Shown here piece after piece: positions 16,654 through 27,938 of a stretch of DNA of 64,000 nucleotides (position 1 is the stretch's first letter; each line of letters opens with the position of its first letter). The translations under genes and the position numbers were made by a program. The notes under the pieces are model-generated. The model made no database searches. It had not been told where the DNA came from and worked only from the letters and a program-made list of their open reading frames with translations. Source of the stretch: Azolla caroliniana (lineage: Eukaryota; Plantae; Polypodiophyta); contig JBHGNT010000010.1 in NCBI GenBank assembly GCA_043228905.1, positions 6,944,001 through 7,008,000 of the forward strand. The letters are read 5' to 3'.

Positions 16654-19600
16654 ATGTTCTCTTCGACGGGCAGAATGAGGGCCAGAACTTTTACTGTCAC
16701 AGGTATTTCGTGTTTTTTTTTTCCATTTTTTTCTAAATGTTTTATTTCCTTCAGAGTTAGCTTGAGGAATCATTGAAAGTAATATGTAACCATTGCTTTT
16801 TGCATCATAACTGTTCAGGTCTAAGCACACGTTATCAGTGATACATTTTCATAAGTCACTACGGAAGATAGTGGCATGTTTGGGCATCATAGTTCAAGAT
16901 TCTAAACAAATGCACATGTATATGCATACATTTTCTTATGCTTTTTCATGGAGAATGCAAACAAAATACTTGTTCTCATATAAATACTGTATTTCTTTGG
17001 CATTATAGTTCAAGTCTAAACACATATTATGCTTTTCAGAGACAGAGAGAGAAGAAAGAAATGTAAGGAGGATAGGCACATATAGAAGAACTCACATCCT
17101 TTTTACATCATTTGTTCAGGTTAAAGACACATATTCCTAAATACCTTTTTTTATTCAAATAGGACATGATCGATATATGGATTCATTGAAGATGAGATTT
17201 GAAGCTGTGTTTTTGCGTGGTTTCTCGTTAAATCATACCAAAAGCATGGATTCTTCCTTTCCAAGGTGCTTTTTCAAATAAAAATTATTTATTTCATTCC
17301 TATTGCCATGTTCATTTTGACCTAAATCTTGCATCATTTGTATCAATTGCTTGATGACTCAAATTATAAATCTCTGATATCGGATACTCTTGTGATGACC
17401 TGGAAGGCATAGAATATCAACTGGTGATGAATGCCAAAGTGGAGAACAATCCCACTATCAAGAGAAAAGGTTGAGCCGTCCAATCAAGTCTACAGGCAAA
17501 TCAGGGCCAGGAACCATGGCAAGATCCCTAGTGAAAACTGTATGTCTTTTTCTTTTAGTTCATGCCTTATTTATCTTCTAATAAAAAGTTGTCTGACTTT
17601 GAAAATAGTTCCTTTTCAAAAATCATAGCCATTTTTGATACCATAGAGATTTCTATGCAGGTGATGAGCCTTTCGCATGTGAAGGAAGAGGTCTATGGAG
17701 CTTTGGATAAATGGGCAGCATTTGAGCTCAAATTTCCACTTGAAGCTACTATGAATGGATTGAGAAGGCTTCGGGAAAATAATCAATGGCATAGAGTTAT
17801 TCAGGTATTTTTAATTATTTTTGTCTGATAGAATGTATGCTAATGCACTTTAAAATGCACTGTATCCCATTTCCTTGTCCTGAATTAAGAGAACCTATTT
17901 ATTTTTGTAGAATTGGTATTCATGTGATGACTGTCAATCTTTGTTTTAGACATGTTTTATATCATTACAATACAGCAAATGTGTAGCTTAAAGAAGAGTA
18001 TAATCATGGTTAAGCTTTCCCTCCTTTGTTGTGTTCTCAGGTTTCGAAATGGATGTTGAGTAAAGGAATTGGAAGGACAAACGGTACATATAGCATCTTA
18101 TTGAGGGCCTATTGTATGGATGGACGACTTGAGGATGCCGAAGCATTATGGGAGAAGGTTCTAGCATTGAATGACAGGTCCACGCCCAAGAATATGTTTT
18201 CTTATATGACACATATCTATAAAAAACATGAGATGCCAGAAAAGGTTGTCAAGGTGTGTCAATACACGCTTTTAAAAAGAACTATCAAATAAATTTTAAA
18301 TTAATGTAGCTTCTGCATGAGTCATGTATAGTTTTTACTTACATCTGCATTTCTTTATCCTTCTATATGATCATGAAAAAGTTAACGAGTTCAAACTTCA
18401 AGATTGAGTTGGGGAAACCATCTTATACTTAGAATAGGAAAGAAAGCTCTAGGTTTCCTAAATCATCTTACAAGGGTGATTTCATGTTATTCATACGGAA
18501 ACAAAATTAAAAGCTTTAGGTTTCATAAATCTCCATTATCATGATCTTAATGGATGTGGTGGAATGATATTGGAGATGGTTTATGAGAATAAAGTGCACA
18601 GCTGATATGTATGGGTTGAGTACTGGTGTTTGGAAATCGTATCTGAGGTTAGTTGGCAAAGTGCGTATGGGTGTTCTCATGTGGATCAGTCATGGTGAAC
18701 CATGTTCTCCATGATCTGGTGATAGTATGGGCCATGTGATAGTATAGCCACAGATCTTTCCTCAATAACTTGTTCTGCTCATTACTTTGGCGAGGCGACA
18801 ATATCAAAAGAGTAGCAAGTTCTCCATCTTGAGGCCATTGTTGTCGAGCCACTTCACTACCTGTGAACAACATGATAAACCTGCATCTTTTGTTGTCACC
18901 ACTTCTTTCGATGTGTCAAATGCCTTACGTGTACTTCTTTGAGGTGGCATGGTTCAAATCTGGTTGATGAGGTTCATTGATTGCATTATTTCTTTTACCA
19001 TCATCAGGGGTGCTGCCAATTCAGCATGTATGTTCTTGTGTGGAGTGGTTGCTTTGCTATGTTTGTCATGACTCATGAACACTCTATTTGTATCCACGTG
19101 GAGGCATGGAGCCATATGGCTGCAGTATACATGAGGGCAGGGGTGACTGGTGTCAAATAACTGTAGTTTGGCTAGAGCACATATCCTCGAGTGAGTTATT
19201 GATGCTTGGCAACTCGTGCCATAGAGAAGTGCCAATTCATGCTTGTAAATGTGACGCTAAATATATGTAGGATCTACTACTTCAACATGCCTTCCTGATA
19301 CAGTAAAGACAATTTGCTTGTGAAGCAGCAGGGATGTGTGGAAGATCATGTCCTCAATCTTTCCTAGGTTTACAGTGAACCCTTTTTTGCAGAGAAAACC
19401 ATCTAGGACATTGAAATTCAGAGAACCCACATGAAATTCAGAGACTGAGATTATGTCATCAGCATATCTTGATATGTTGTGATAGTGATTTGTGAACACA
19501 CTTGGGATAATGTGTGTGAACAAGTTAGGATAGCTGGGGCTTTTTTACTTGTTTAAGAGTTTTTCACCCTAGGTCAAAAGTATAAGCGATACAGTTAAGA

Positions 19601-21149
19601 CACTGACGTGCTCTTCGTTTTTGAAATATAATCTCTCCTTTTTTCTGCTGCCTGTGTGCTTCTTCAGTGATAGAATCTAAGGGTGGGTGTCAGAGGAGGT
19701 CACTATCTTCTTTAGGTTTTTGTTGACAGTTGTTGTTTTAGAGCATGTGCAACATTTTTCTGTTCGTTTTCAGTTGCTACCTTCTAGAAACTAAATGGAA
19801 TTTGAACAAATAGCTACCAACATATTGCATTTCTTTTTTGTGCAGGTATTTGAGCAAATGGAAAGCTTTGGAATAAAACCCGATCCAGACATATTGCGGC
19901 GAGCTCGAGAAGCATATCTTGAGTTAGGAATAGAAGAGAAGCAAGAAGAATTGACAAAAAAGCATCCCTTAAACTCTAAGAAAAGAAGAAATGAGAGAAG
20001 AATCGCAACAAGAAAAGCATTGAAGGTGTCAAATATAGGTGTGTGCTTCATCTCTAACTTACTCAGATGATGATCAGAATCTCTGGCTAGGTAATTAAAT
20101 TCCAACACATGCTATGCTTATCAAACCGATGTACCGTTGCATTGTGAGAAGTTGCCACATAAAATTTGTATGAGAGCAAAAAGTAAAGTCAGATTGCGTA
20201 TGTGTGTTCACGTGCGTTATACATCATGAATATCCTTGGGTTGAGTTTGTTAAGAAGAAATCTATCAAAGATGTGCTTCATACTTAATGCTCTTCCCTTT
20301 CTGGTGCACTCTCAGATGGTTTGGTCAAAGAGGAGATCGACCTGAGAATCGAACACAGTGTCCGTGATGAAAGCAGCATTGAGGAGTCCCATAAAACAGG
20401 TTTAATGTTGGGGAATGTTTTTAGATACATTGTCTTCTTCGTGTATATATAGAATTCTTTAAAGACAACCATCTTGTTTTTTTCTGTCTTGTTAGTAAAC
20501 TTGAATACTTCCTGTGGCGATAAAGAAACAAAGTTGCAAATTGATCATGAAAGTTATGATAAAGTGGAATCACCTCCACAAAGAAAACCCCTCAGAAATG
20601 GTAAATAAATTAAAATTGATTTTTCTTTTTGACAGTTCAGCCACAATAACAGGATATGATCCAGATAGTGTCATAGCAAGAGAATGATTAGGGAGTAACT
20701 TTTCTTTCAATGTACAACAACTTGAAATTTTGTCTGTTATCAGTTGATATTTTGCTTTTTCTCAGTTCCAGTTAATGGACCCGATACTGGAACAAGTGGT
20801 GCTTCTGAACGAATTGAACCAGAGACTGGTGGTAAGAAGGCATTATCTTCATCAAAGAAACCATGGGGAACTGGTAAAAGTATTTCTTTCTTTCTATCTC
20901 CTGGATGATTGTTATGGTCATCATCGGATGACACTCGTCTTTTTGCAAATTGTTTTCCGTAAATTCCACGTAAGTCGTAAAATTATTATTAATAGTACAT
21001 AAGCTTACAACTTTTTGTGGTTTTTGGTATCAGCAGAAAATGTTATTCACAAATCACCAGAATTACTACATAGAAAACCGAAAGCGAGTCAGAAAATTTC
21101 TTCCGACAAGGATACCGAGTTTGTTAACCAGATCATCGCGACGATGTGA
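16654..21149 (+). CDS. Pentatricopeptide-repeat protein of the At4g21190 (EMB1417)/At4g18975 family, about 401 aa. Core exons 17407-17539, 17661-17804, 18041-18253, 19846-20038; predicted flanking exons 16654-16702, 17163-17265, 20316-20399, 20496-20600, 20766-20831, 21034-21149
   Basis: Family signature LSHVKEEVYGALDKWAAFELKFPL...[27 protein letters not shown]...EDAEALW...VFEQMESFGIKPD. GT-AG sites are phase-compatible and give 1206 nt in frame. Terminal exons are less certain than the core. Confidence 0.8.
18640..19540 (-). mobile_element. LINE reverse-transcriptase remnant in the PPR-gene intron (antisense)
   Basis: ORF 19257-19523 contains YADDII...LDGF...GFTVNLGK...MIF...VEVV...YI, i.e. 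LINE RT motifs 5-7. It continues degenerately toward about 18640. Confidence 0.75.
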
Positions 21150-21869
21150 CCATTTGCATTACCTTATATGCCAACAACTGTCAGAGAAATGGCTGATATA
21201 TGTTGAACCCATGGTTAAAAGTTGTTTTTTGCCTCATCTAGTGATTGTAAGATTTCATTATACTGATATGTGCAAGAAACCATGTCTATATCTCCTTTCT
21301 AATGAAGAGTGTATAATGCATATAAATATATTAGCTTCAAAAGAGTTGTAGATCAAGAGACTTTTACAAACTGTATTTTGAATGCTCATTGTATCTCAAA
21401 TCTTTGTTTTTTTCACTCTCCTTTGTGCTTTGCCAATAGTAATCCATAGGTACTAACATTCAACTCATGTACTTGTACTTTGCCTTCATGTTTCTTTAAA
21501 GACATGCATATATGCGTGCCTTCATTAGTAATCAGCCGTGAATTTGTCATACTTAAAAACCTAAGCTGGATAGAATTGATCCTTGCAAACAAACCTAGTC
21601 ATTACCTCTAAACATGAATGATCGTTTTACTAGGAACCTAGCTTTTAAGTGATACAGGGAAACATTTATGGTTTCGGATTTCAATATAAGTATATGCCAC
21701 ACCATTGCTTGGTGAATTGTTGGTTGAACAATATCATTTATGTGCATAGGGAGTTGATGATTCGCGCTTGATGGGGAAACTTACTCATCAACCTTAACTC
21801 GTTGATCTTAGGCCTTGTTGAGCTTTGGGGCTTGTCGAGCTTTAAGGCTCATTAATGCTCATTAATGCT

Positions 21870-22615
21870 CGTTACCACATGAGTGCACGAGGTGTGGTGA
21901 CATGACAAGACAAAAAGGATTAATGAATGCACTAGAGGAAGGATAACATAAAGGCATGAATATTTGAATGCCTTTGTGAAAAGAAGAGGTGCATGGGCAA
22001 GCCCGAAACGCTCCCTAGTAACAAGAAAAATGAACTCACAAAGCACAAATGTTTGAACATCTTTGTGAAGAGGAGAGGTGCATGGGCAAGCTCGAAACAC
22101 TCCTAGTCACAACGTGTCCGAACTCACAAGAAGAAGACGGAAAACACAAAGCACAAATGTTCAAATGCCTTTGTGAGGAGGCGAGGTGCATGGGCAAGCC
22201 CGAAACGCTACCTAATCATGATATGTTTGTGAAGAGGAGAGGTCCATGGGAACCCTAAAATGCTCCCTTCACAAGACGTCTGATGCACAAGAAGAAGACG
22301 ATCACACAAAACACGAATGGATGGAATAGAACAAACACATGATTCTTGATTACAAGAACGAAAGGGGGGGGGGGGGAGGGTTACAAAGTGACAACGTCTA
22401 ATTAACCACAAGCAAGCTCAACTAGGGTAAGGAGACAGATAGAGCGGATAGTGTATGCCCTTCATAACGCGCACTCGAACCACCAAACAATGAGCACACG
22501 TGCATTGAAGATGACAATTGAACACAAGCACATGAACCAAAGACGAAGACACAAATCGACAATGAAGAACTCCTAAATGGAAGAGACGAAAAAGAAGATG
22601 ATGATGATGAAGAAG
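21870..22615 (-). repeat. LTR-like debris with internal direct repeats
   Basis: GAGGTGCATGGGCAAGC.CGAAAC.CT repeated near 21985, 22075 and 22183, and a GGGTTACA terminus at 22384. Boundaries uncertain. Confidence 0.45.
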
Positions 22616-22655
22616 TGTAAAGAATCAGGAGTGATTCTGTGTAGCAGAAGAGATA

Positions 22656-22714
<59 letters not shown>

Positions 22715-24761
22715 ACAATGTATATAGAAAACAAGAAAACTGTACTATCAAGAAGCAGAAAATGAACCAACGTATACAAGAGGAGGAGAAGGTGCTTATG
22801 CAGTCACCTTCTCTCTACATTCTCTTACTACCACTATTTCTTGGGAAAGAGGTGGAGACTTAACTACCTACTAAATATGTGTCATAGGACTTAACTTCTA
22901 TGAAACATTAGTTATGCTACAAAGGAGGTGGGATGTTCACACGCTTTGGTATTCCTAAGGTGTGTTCCTACACTAGGGAGGTTGAGTTTGATTCTCAACA
23001 TGCCCCCTCAAACACAACTTCTTGTTGGCGGATAGTGGGTTCGGATTGGTCTTCGGATCGACTCTAATAGTTGGCGTCGACTTCGGTTGTGAGTAACCAG
23101 TTCACTCTGTCTCGTTCGATTATGCTCTGTTCAGCATCGTGAAGGCTCCATATCCATACTCCCCCTCAAGCTTGGCTAGTTGGTGGTCGAAAGACCGAGG
23201 TTTGTCGTGAAGTGCCGCTTGTCGGCTCCAAGGGCCTTTATGAAGATGTCGGTTGTTTGCATATATCATATTGATGTGTTGCAAGTCAATATCTCCGGCC
23301 AAGACACGCTCTCGAGTGAAGTGATAATGCACCTCAATGTGATTGGTTTGAGTGTGAAAGACTAGGTTCCGAGCTAGATGAATGTTGCTCATGTTGTCAT
23401 AGTTAGGAGAATCGAATCCGTGATGGGAATGCCCAAATCCTTTAAGATTCGTTTCAGTCAAACAACTTCACATGCGACAACTTCCATGACCCTGTATTTG
23501 ACCTCGTTGCTCGATAGTGTGACTGTCAGCTACTTCTTATTGCTCCACGATATGGCTTCGCTGCTAAGGGAAAAGAGAAATCCCGATGTTGATCGTCTGT
23601 TGCCTTTGTAGCCGACCTAATTGACATCGGTGTACTCTTCGAGTCGAGTTGGTGTGGCTGATTTGTAGAGGATGTCGTAATCCATCGTTCCACTCACATA
23701 GCGTAACACTCGCTTAACACAGTCCAGGTGAATGTTTCGTGGAGTCTGCATAAACTGGCTAAGGAGGCCAATCGGGTAATTGAGGTCAGGTCGAGTAATG
23801 GTGAGGTAGATCGTGCTTTTGACTAGCTATCGATAGAAAGTCAACTCACACTCTTTTGTGCCAAACCCGACATCTACCTATAGGTTTTGATCAAGAGGAG
23901 TAGCGACGGGCTTACACTCTGTCATCCCAAACTTGAACAGAAGATTGAGGATATAGTATTGTTGGGAGATCATGATGCTGTCAAGAGTTTGAATTACTTC
24001 TATACCTAGAAAGTAATGTAGCTCCTTCATGTCTTTCATTTCGAATTGGCCTGAGAGAAGCTTTTTTATGTTCTCAATATCTACTAGGTTCTCTCCTCCA
24101 ATAGCCAAGTCATCCACATATATTATGATGAATAGTTGTCCGTTGGAGTAATTCCGGATGAGTAGAGAATTGGACTTGGACATTTTGAAGCCGATTTGGT
24201 GAAGATATTGGGTTATCTGCGAATGCTAAGCTCTAGGCGCCTGCTTGCAGCCGTAGAAAGGCTTTTTGAGTTGACAGACAACAGTCAGATGCATACTCGA
24301 CTTGAATCCGGGTGGTTGTACCATGTACATCTCCTCTTCTAACTCACCTTGGAGAAAAGTGTTCTTCACATCCATTTGATGGAGGTGCCACCCTTTGGCA
24401 GCTACAAGCGTGATCATGGTTTGGATGGTTGTCATCTTTGCCATCGGGGCAAATGTCTCTTCATAATTGACACCCCGTGTTTGCACGTAGTCCTTTGCCA
24501 CAAGCCAGGCCTTATACCGATTTATGGTGCCATCAACGTTGTGGTTCACCTTGAATATCCACCAACATCCAATTGCCTTTTGGTGGGGTGAAGAGAGGAC
24601 GAGATCCCATGTCTCCTTTATAGAGAGTGGTTGCATCTCCTCCTTCATTGCTTCGGCCCATCGTGGGCCCTTCGCGGCTTCGGAAAATGTTTTTCCGGCT
24701 CTCAGATTATCGCCACCTTCATCATGAATGCATAATGGTATGCCATGTAGTCGTTGTGGCA
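22616..24761 (-). mobile_element. Copia element A (3' LTR 22616-23000, RNase H, RT), decayed and interrupted by copia B
   Basis: LTR TGTAAAG...TCAACA. Minus-strand PPT GAGGGGGCA at 23001-23009. RT KTFSEA...IGCWWIFK...YKAWLVAK...LHQMDVKNTFLQG and IYVDDL. RNase H HIEVHYHF. Confidence 0.9.
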
Positions 24762-24805
24762 TGTAAAGAAGGTGAGACGTAGGTGGTGCTATGCAACATA
24801 TGCGA

Positions 24806-24839
<34 letters not shown>

Positions 24840-25329
24840 TACATGTAAGGCAAGACAAAGAGAGAGATAGAGAGAGCTTGAACAAGATGCTATATTCGTA
24901 AAAATAGAAATACATCCAACAGTAACTAAGTTACAAAGAGTTGGTTTAAATACCAACTGATCTAGGGCAAGTGCCCTTTCTACTAATTACAAAACTAGCC
25001 TAGTATGATGTCCACTGGCTAGTGTCAACACAGTCTCTATGGGAAGTTGAGTTCGATTCTCAACACTCCCCTTCGAACACAACTTCCGGATGCCAAAAAG
25101 TTGTTTTAGTTCGATCTTCGAAATACTTCGATTCAGTTGAATCAGCTTCCACTTCGCTTTTCGATTTCGATTTCGATTTTCGACGTAGTCCCTATTTTTC
25201 GGTACTCCCCCTCAAGCTCGGCAATGTAGATATTGTGAGATAGCGGTTCGATGTAAATTGCCCGAGCTTGTCGACTCCTAAGGCCTTAGTGAAGATGTCA
25301 ACGACTTGAAGATTCGTGTTGATGTGCTG

Positions 25330-25784
25330 TGTTACCCGTTCCTTTGGGTGAACACCTTCGATAGATCTGCGTCTATCGGTCTTCAAGGGCGTGGTACGTG
25401 AAGGCTCGTAACAGAGGCGTCGAGAGAGATACAGGGCTCAGAGAGAAAACACTAGCGAGGTCTTGATAGACGTGGCGGCGTGAAACTCATAGGTATGGAT
25501 CAAAGCACAGACTCATGCAGCAAAAATAAGCACAAATAAGATATATTACTATGACAGAAAAGATTACAGAACACGGCCTATGGTCGGTGACCTTACGAGT
25601 TTGTCTAATTACGAAGGACTAAGCTAGTGCTTCCACCTATATTTTTTCTTCTCTCCCTCTGAGGTATTGGTCCTTGTTTAAATAACTTTTCCTCTAATAC
25701 ACAGCCGAGCCGTCGGTGGCCCGTGATACTCGGACTCGGCGTTTGCTAATTTCCTAATTTTACATTTCTGTCCTCTGGACAACA
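25330..25784 (-). repeat. LTR of element C (3' LTR by ORF orientation)
   Basis: Matches 41433-41887. The minus strand shows TATTTAAA about 100 nt in, followed by a TGTAAT/T-rich downstream region. Confidence 0.95.
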
Positions 25785-25786
25785 CC

Positions 25787-25803
25787 TGGCACGCCCGTGG
25801 GAC
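25787..25803 (+). promoter_or_regulatory. tRNA-Arg primer-binding-site sequence in inverted position, occupying the expected PPT site of element C
   Basis: TGGCACGCCCGTGGGAC, 2 nt from the LTR end, versus TGGCACGCCCAGTGGGAC, the complement of a plant tRNA-Arg(UCU) 3' end (recalled, not searched). One base is missing. Confidence 0.8.
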
Positions 25804-27938
25804 AGGACCTTGTCCGTCGGACCCACGACTTACACAATACTAACAATATTACAAAAATTGCCTTTTAGGCGTGATCCTCGTTTCATTCCTCCTTTAAGAT
25901 GTCGAGGATGCTTTCGGGGTCCGGGGTGGTGGCAGGGTGGTCTGGTTGGACTGTCGATGCGGGGGGTTGAGTTTGGTCCGGGGGTGGCATATCTTCTCGA
26001 ACGTCCGCCTCAGGTGCGACCGATTCTTCTGGTGGGGGTGTGGGTTCGTGGGCGTTGACCTCTACTTCGACAGGATCTGGTACCGTGTGGGCGTCCATGG
26101 GATGTCTATTGGCCGGGGCAAGTTCTTCATGTGCCGTGTCCGTGATCTGCTTGTTGGGAGGTTCTTCTTTCTGCTCTGTGGCCGTTGGAGGGTTGGTGGG
26201 GATGGCTGCGAGTCGTTCTCGTTCAAAGGCTTCTGGTTCCAGGCGAAACAGCATCTGACCGTCATTGAAGTCCTCCATTATTTGCTCGATTGCCGCGATG
26301 TGAGATTTTGCCAAGGACTGGTAATCCTCGGTTAAATCTGCACGCAGGTTTTGTATGCTGGCTTCGTCCATTTTGTAGAAGCTGCGGCCCTCCTTCCGTT
26401 GGTTCTCGGCGTCGGCGCGTAAAATATGCAATTCGGCAGCTTGGGCTGCCCATTCGTCTCCTGCGCGACTTAATGTTTCCTCGACCTTTTTGGTAAGGTG
26501 TTGGCGCTGTTTCTCGATCAATATTCTGATGCGTGTCTCATCCATGTCGGGCTGTGCTCGGATGGCTGCTAATTCCTGTTTTAAGCCGTCGACGTCGGCC
26601 TGAATCTTCTGTGTTCTTAGCTCATAGATGGCCTGAGTGTTCTTTGCATCCGCAGTTACGAGCTGGAGAGCCTGCTCGTAACGCTTGGTGAATTCTTCGG
26701 TGGCCTGCTCCCGTTCTTTTTGACACGTGGCCCGGATTTGTTCCCGTTCGACGATTCTCTCTTCTTGTAGGGCGAAGTAGGAATCCGACAATGCGTCTTT
26801 TTGCTCCGAAAGTAGCTTGCATTTGATGAAAAACTCGTAAGCCATCTCTTTAAGGGTCGTACGCTGACTCTGCAGCTCAGCATTCTCCGTGTTCATCCTC
26901 TCCTCCCATTGGCGATTTCTTTCCTCCTGCCGCTGGTTCCAGTCTTTTGCATTGTCGAGTGCGGCCTGTAAGTCTAGAACCTCCTTCTCTTTCTTCACCA
27001 CTGTGGCCGCGTATTCCTCTAGCTTGCTTTTGAGTTCGGCTTCCTTGCCCGCGGCTTGCACTTGTACCCGGCCTAGTGCTTCGTTCTGCTTGTGTATCCT
27101 TTGGTCGGCCTGGGCTCTTATCTCGGCCATCTGCTTGGAAGCTTCTACTTTTAGGCGAGCCATCGCCTCTTGATGTCGTTGTTCGTGTCTCTCGGTTCGC
27201 CGTTGTTCTTCTTTAAGCTCCGCACGGTAATCCTGGAGCGGGGCTTCTATCTGGGTTGCCACCTCCTTGGGTGTGGGCGCCTCGGTTGTTGTGCAAGCAT
27301 AGACCATTTGTAACGAGTCCGTTTGTGTACTGGCCTGCACCTTCAGGATTGAATCGGTGATGGTGCTTTCATCCATCATTGTTATGCGTGGAGGTGCTAG
27401 GAGGGCCTCAGTGGTCGTTATCGGAAGGCTCAAGAGTTGTTGTTCCGGCCGGTTTTGCTCCCAGGCTGCCAGCTTCTGGTTCGCAGCGTGCCATAGTTAT
27501 TATAGATCTTGGTACTAACATAAGCTTAAGATAAGGATAATGAAAAGATAGATAGAAAGGAGAAAGAGAAAGAAGGGTGCCGATCCACCCGACCACCCCC
27601 GAGCGAAGGGATCGAGACGGACTCGAGCCTCGATCGGCGTCCCATACCACCGCCGTGGCGTCGAGTCGTACCTGGTGCTGGCGCGCTCGCTACAAGAGTT
27701 GACCCACCACACGAGCAGAGTCTCGATGTAGTCAAAAGATGATCAAATGAGGGTAGCTAGGCCTCTTATTTATAGCGAAACCCAAGGCCCCCAGGCAAGT
27801 TCACACTTGACCTAATGGGTTGTCTCAATCCCGAGGATTAAAAGTAATCCTCCCCTTCTTTACACTCTCATTTAACCCTCACACTTATCCACGTGTATAG
27901 AATACTACGGTAAATTCTTACCACGGGATATTATATGG

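Noticed and set aside
25787-25803. tRNA gene
   Set aside because: Only 17 nt of the 3' end including CCA; no T-loop GTTCGA or remaining cloverleaf.
25883-27433. 516-aa coiled-coil ORF as a host myosin/SMC gene or envelope gene
   Set aside because: It is intronless, lies within the LTRs of C and is the C-terminal half of the element's extra ORF. No TM segment or signal peptide is evident.
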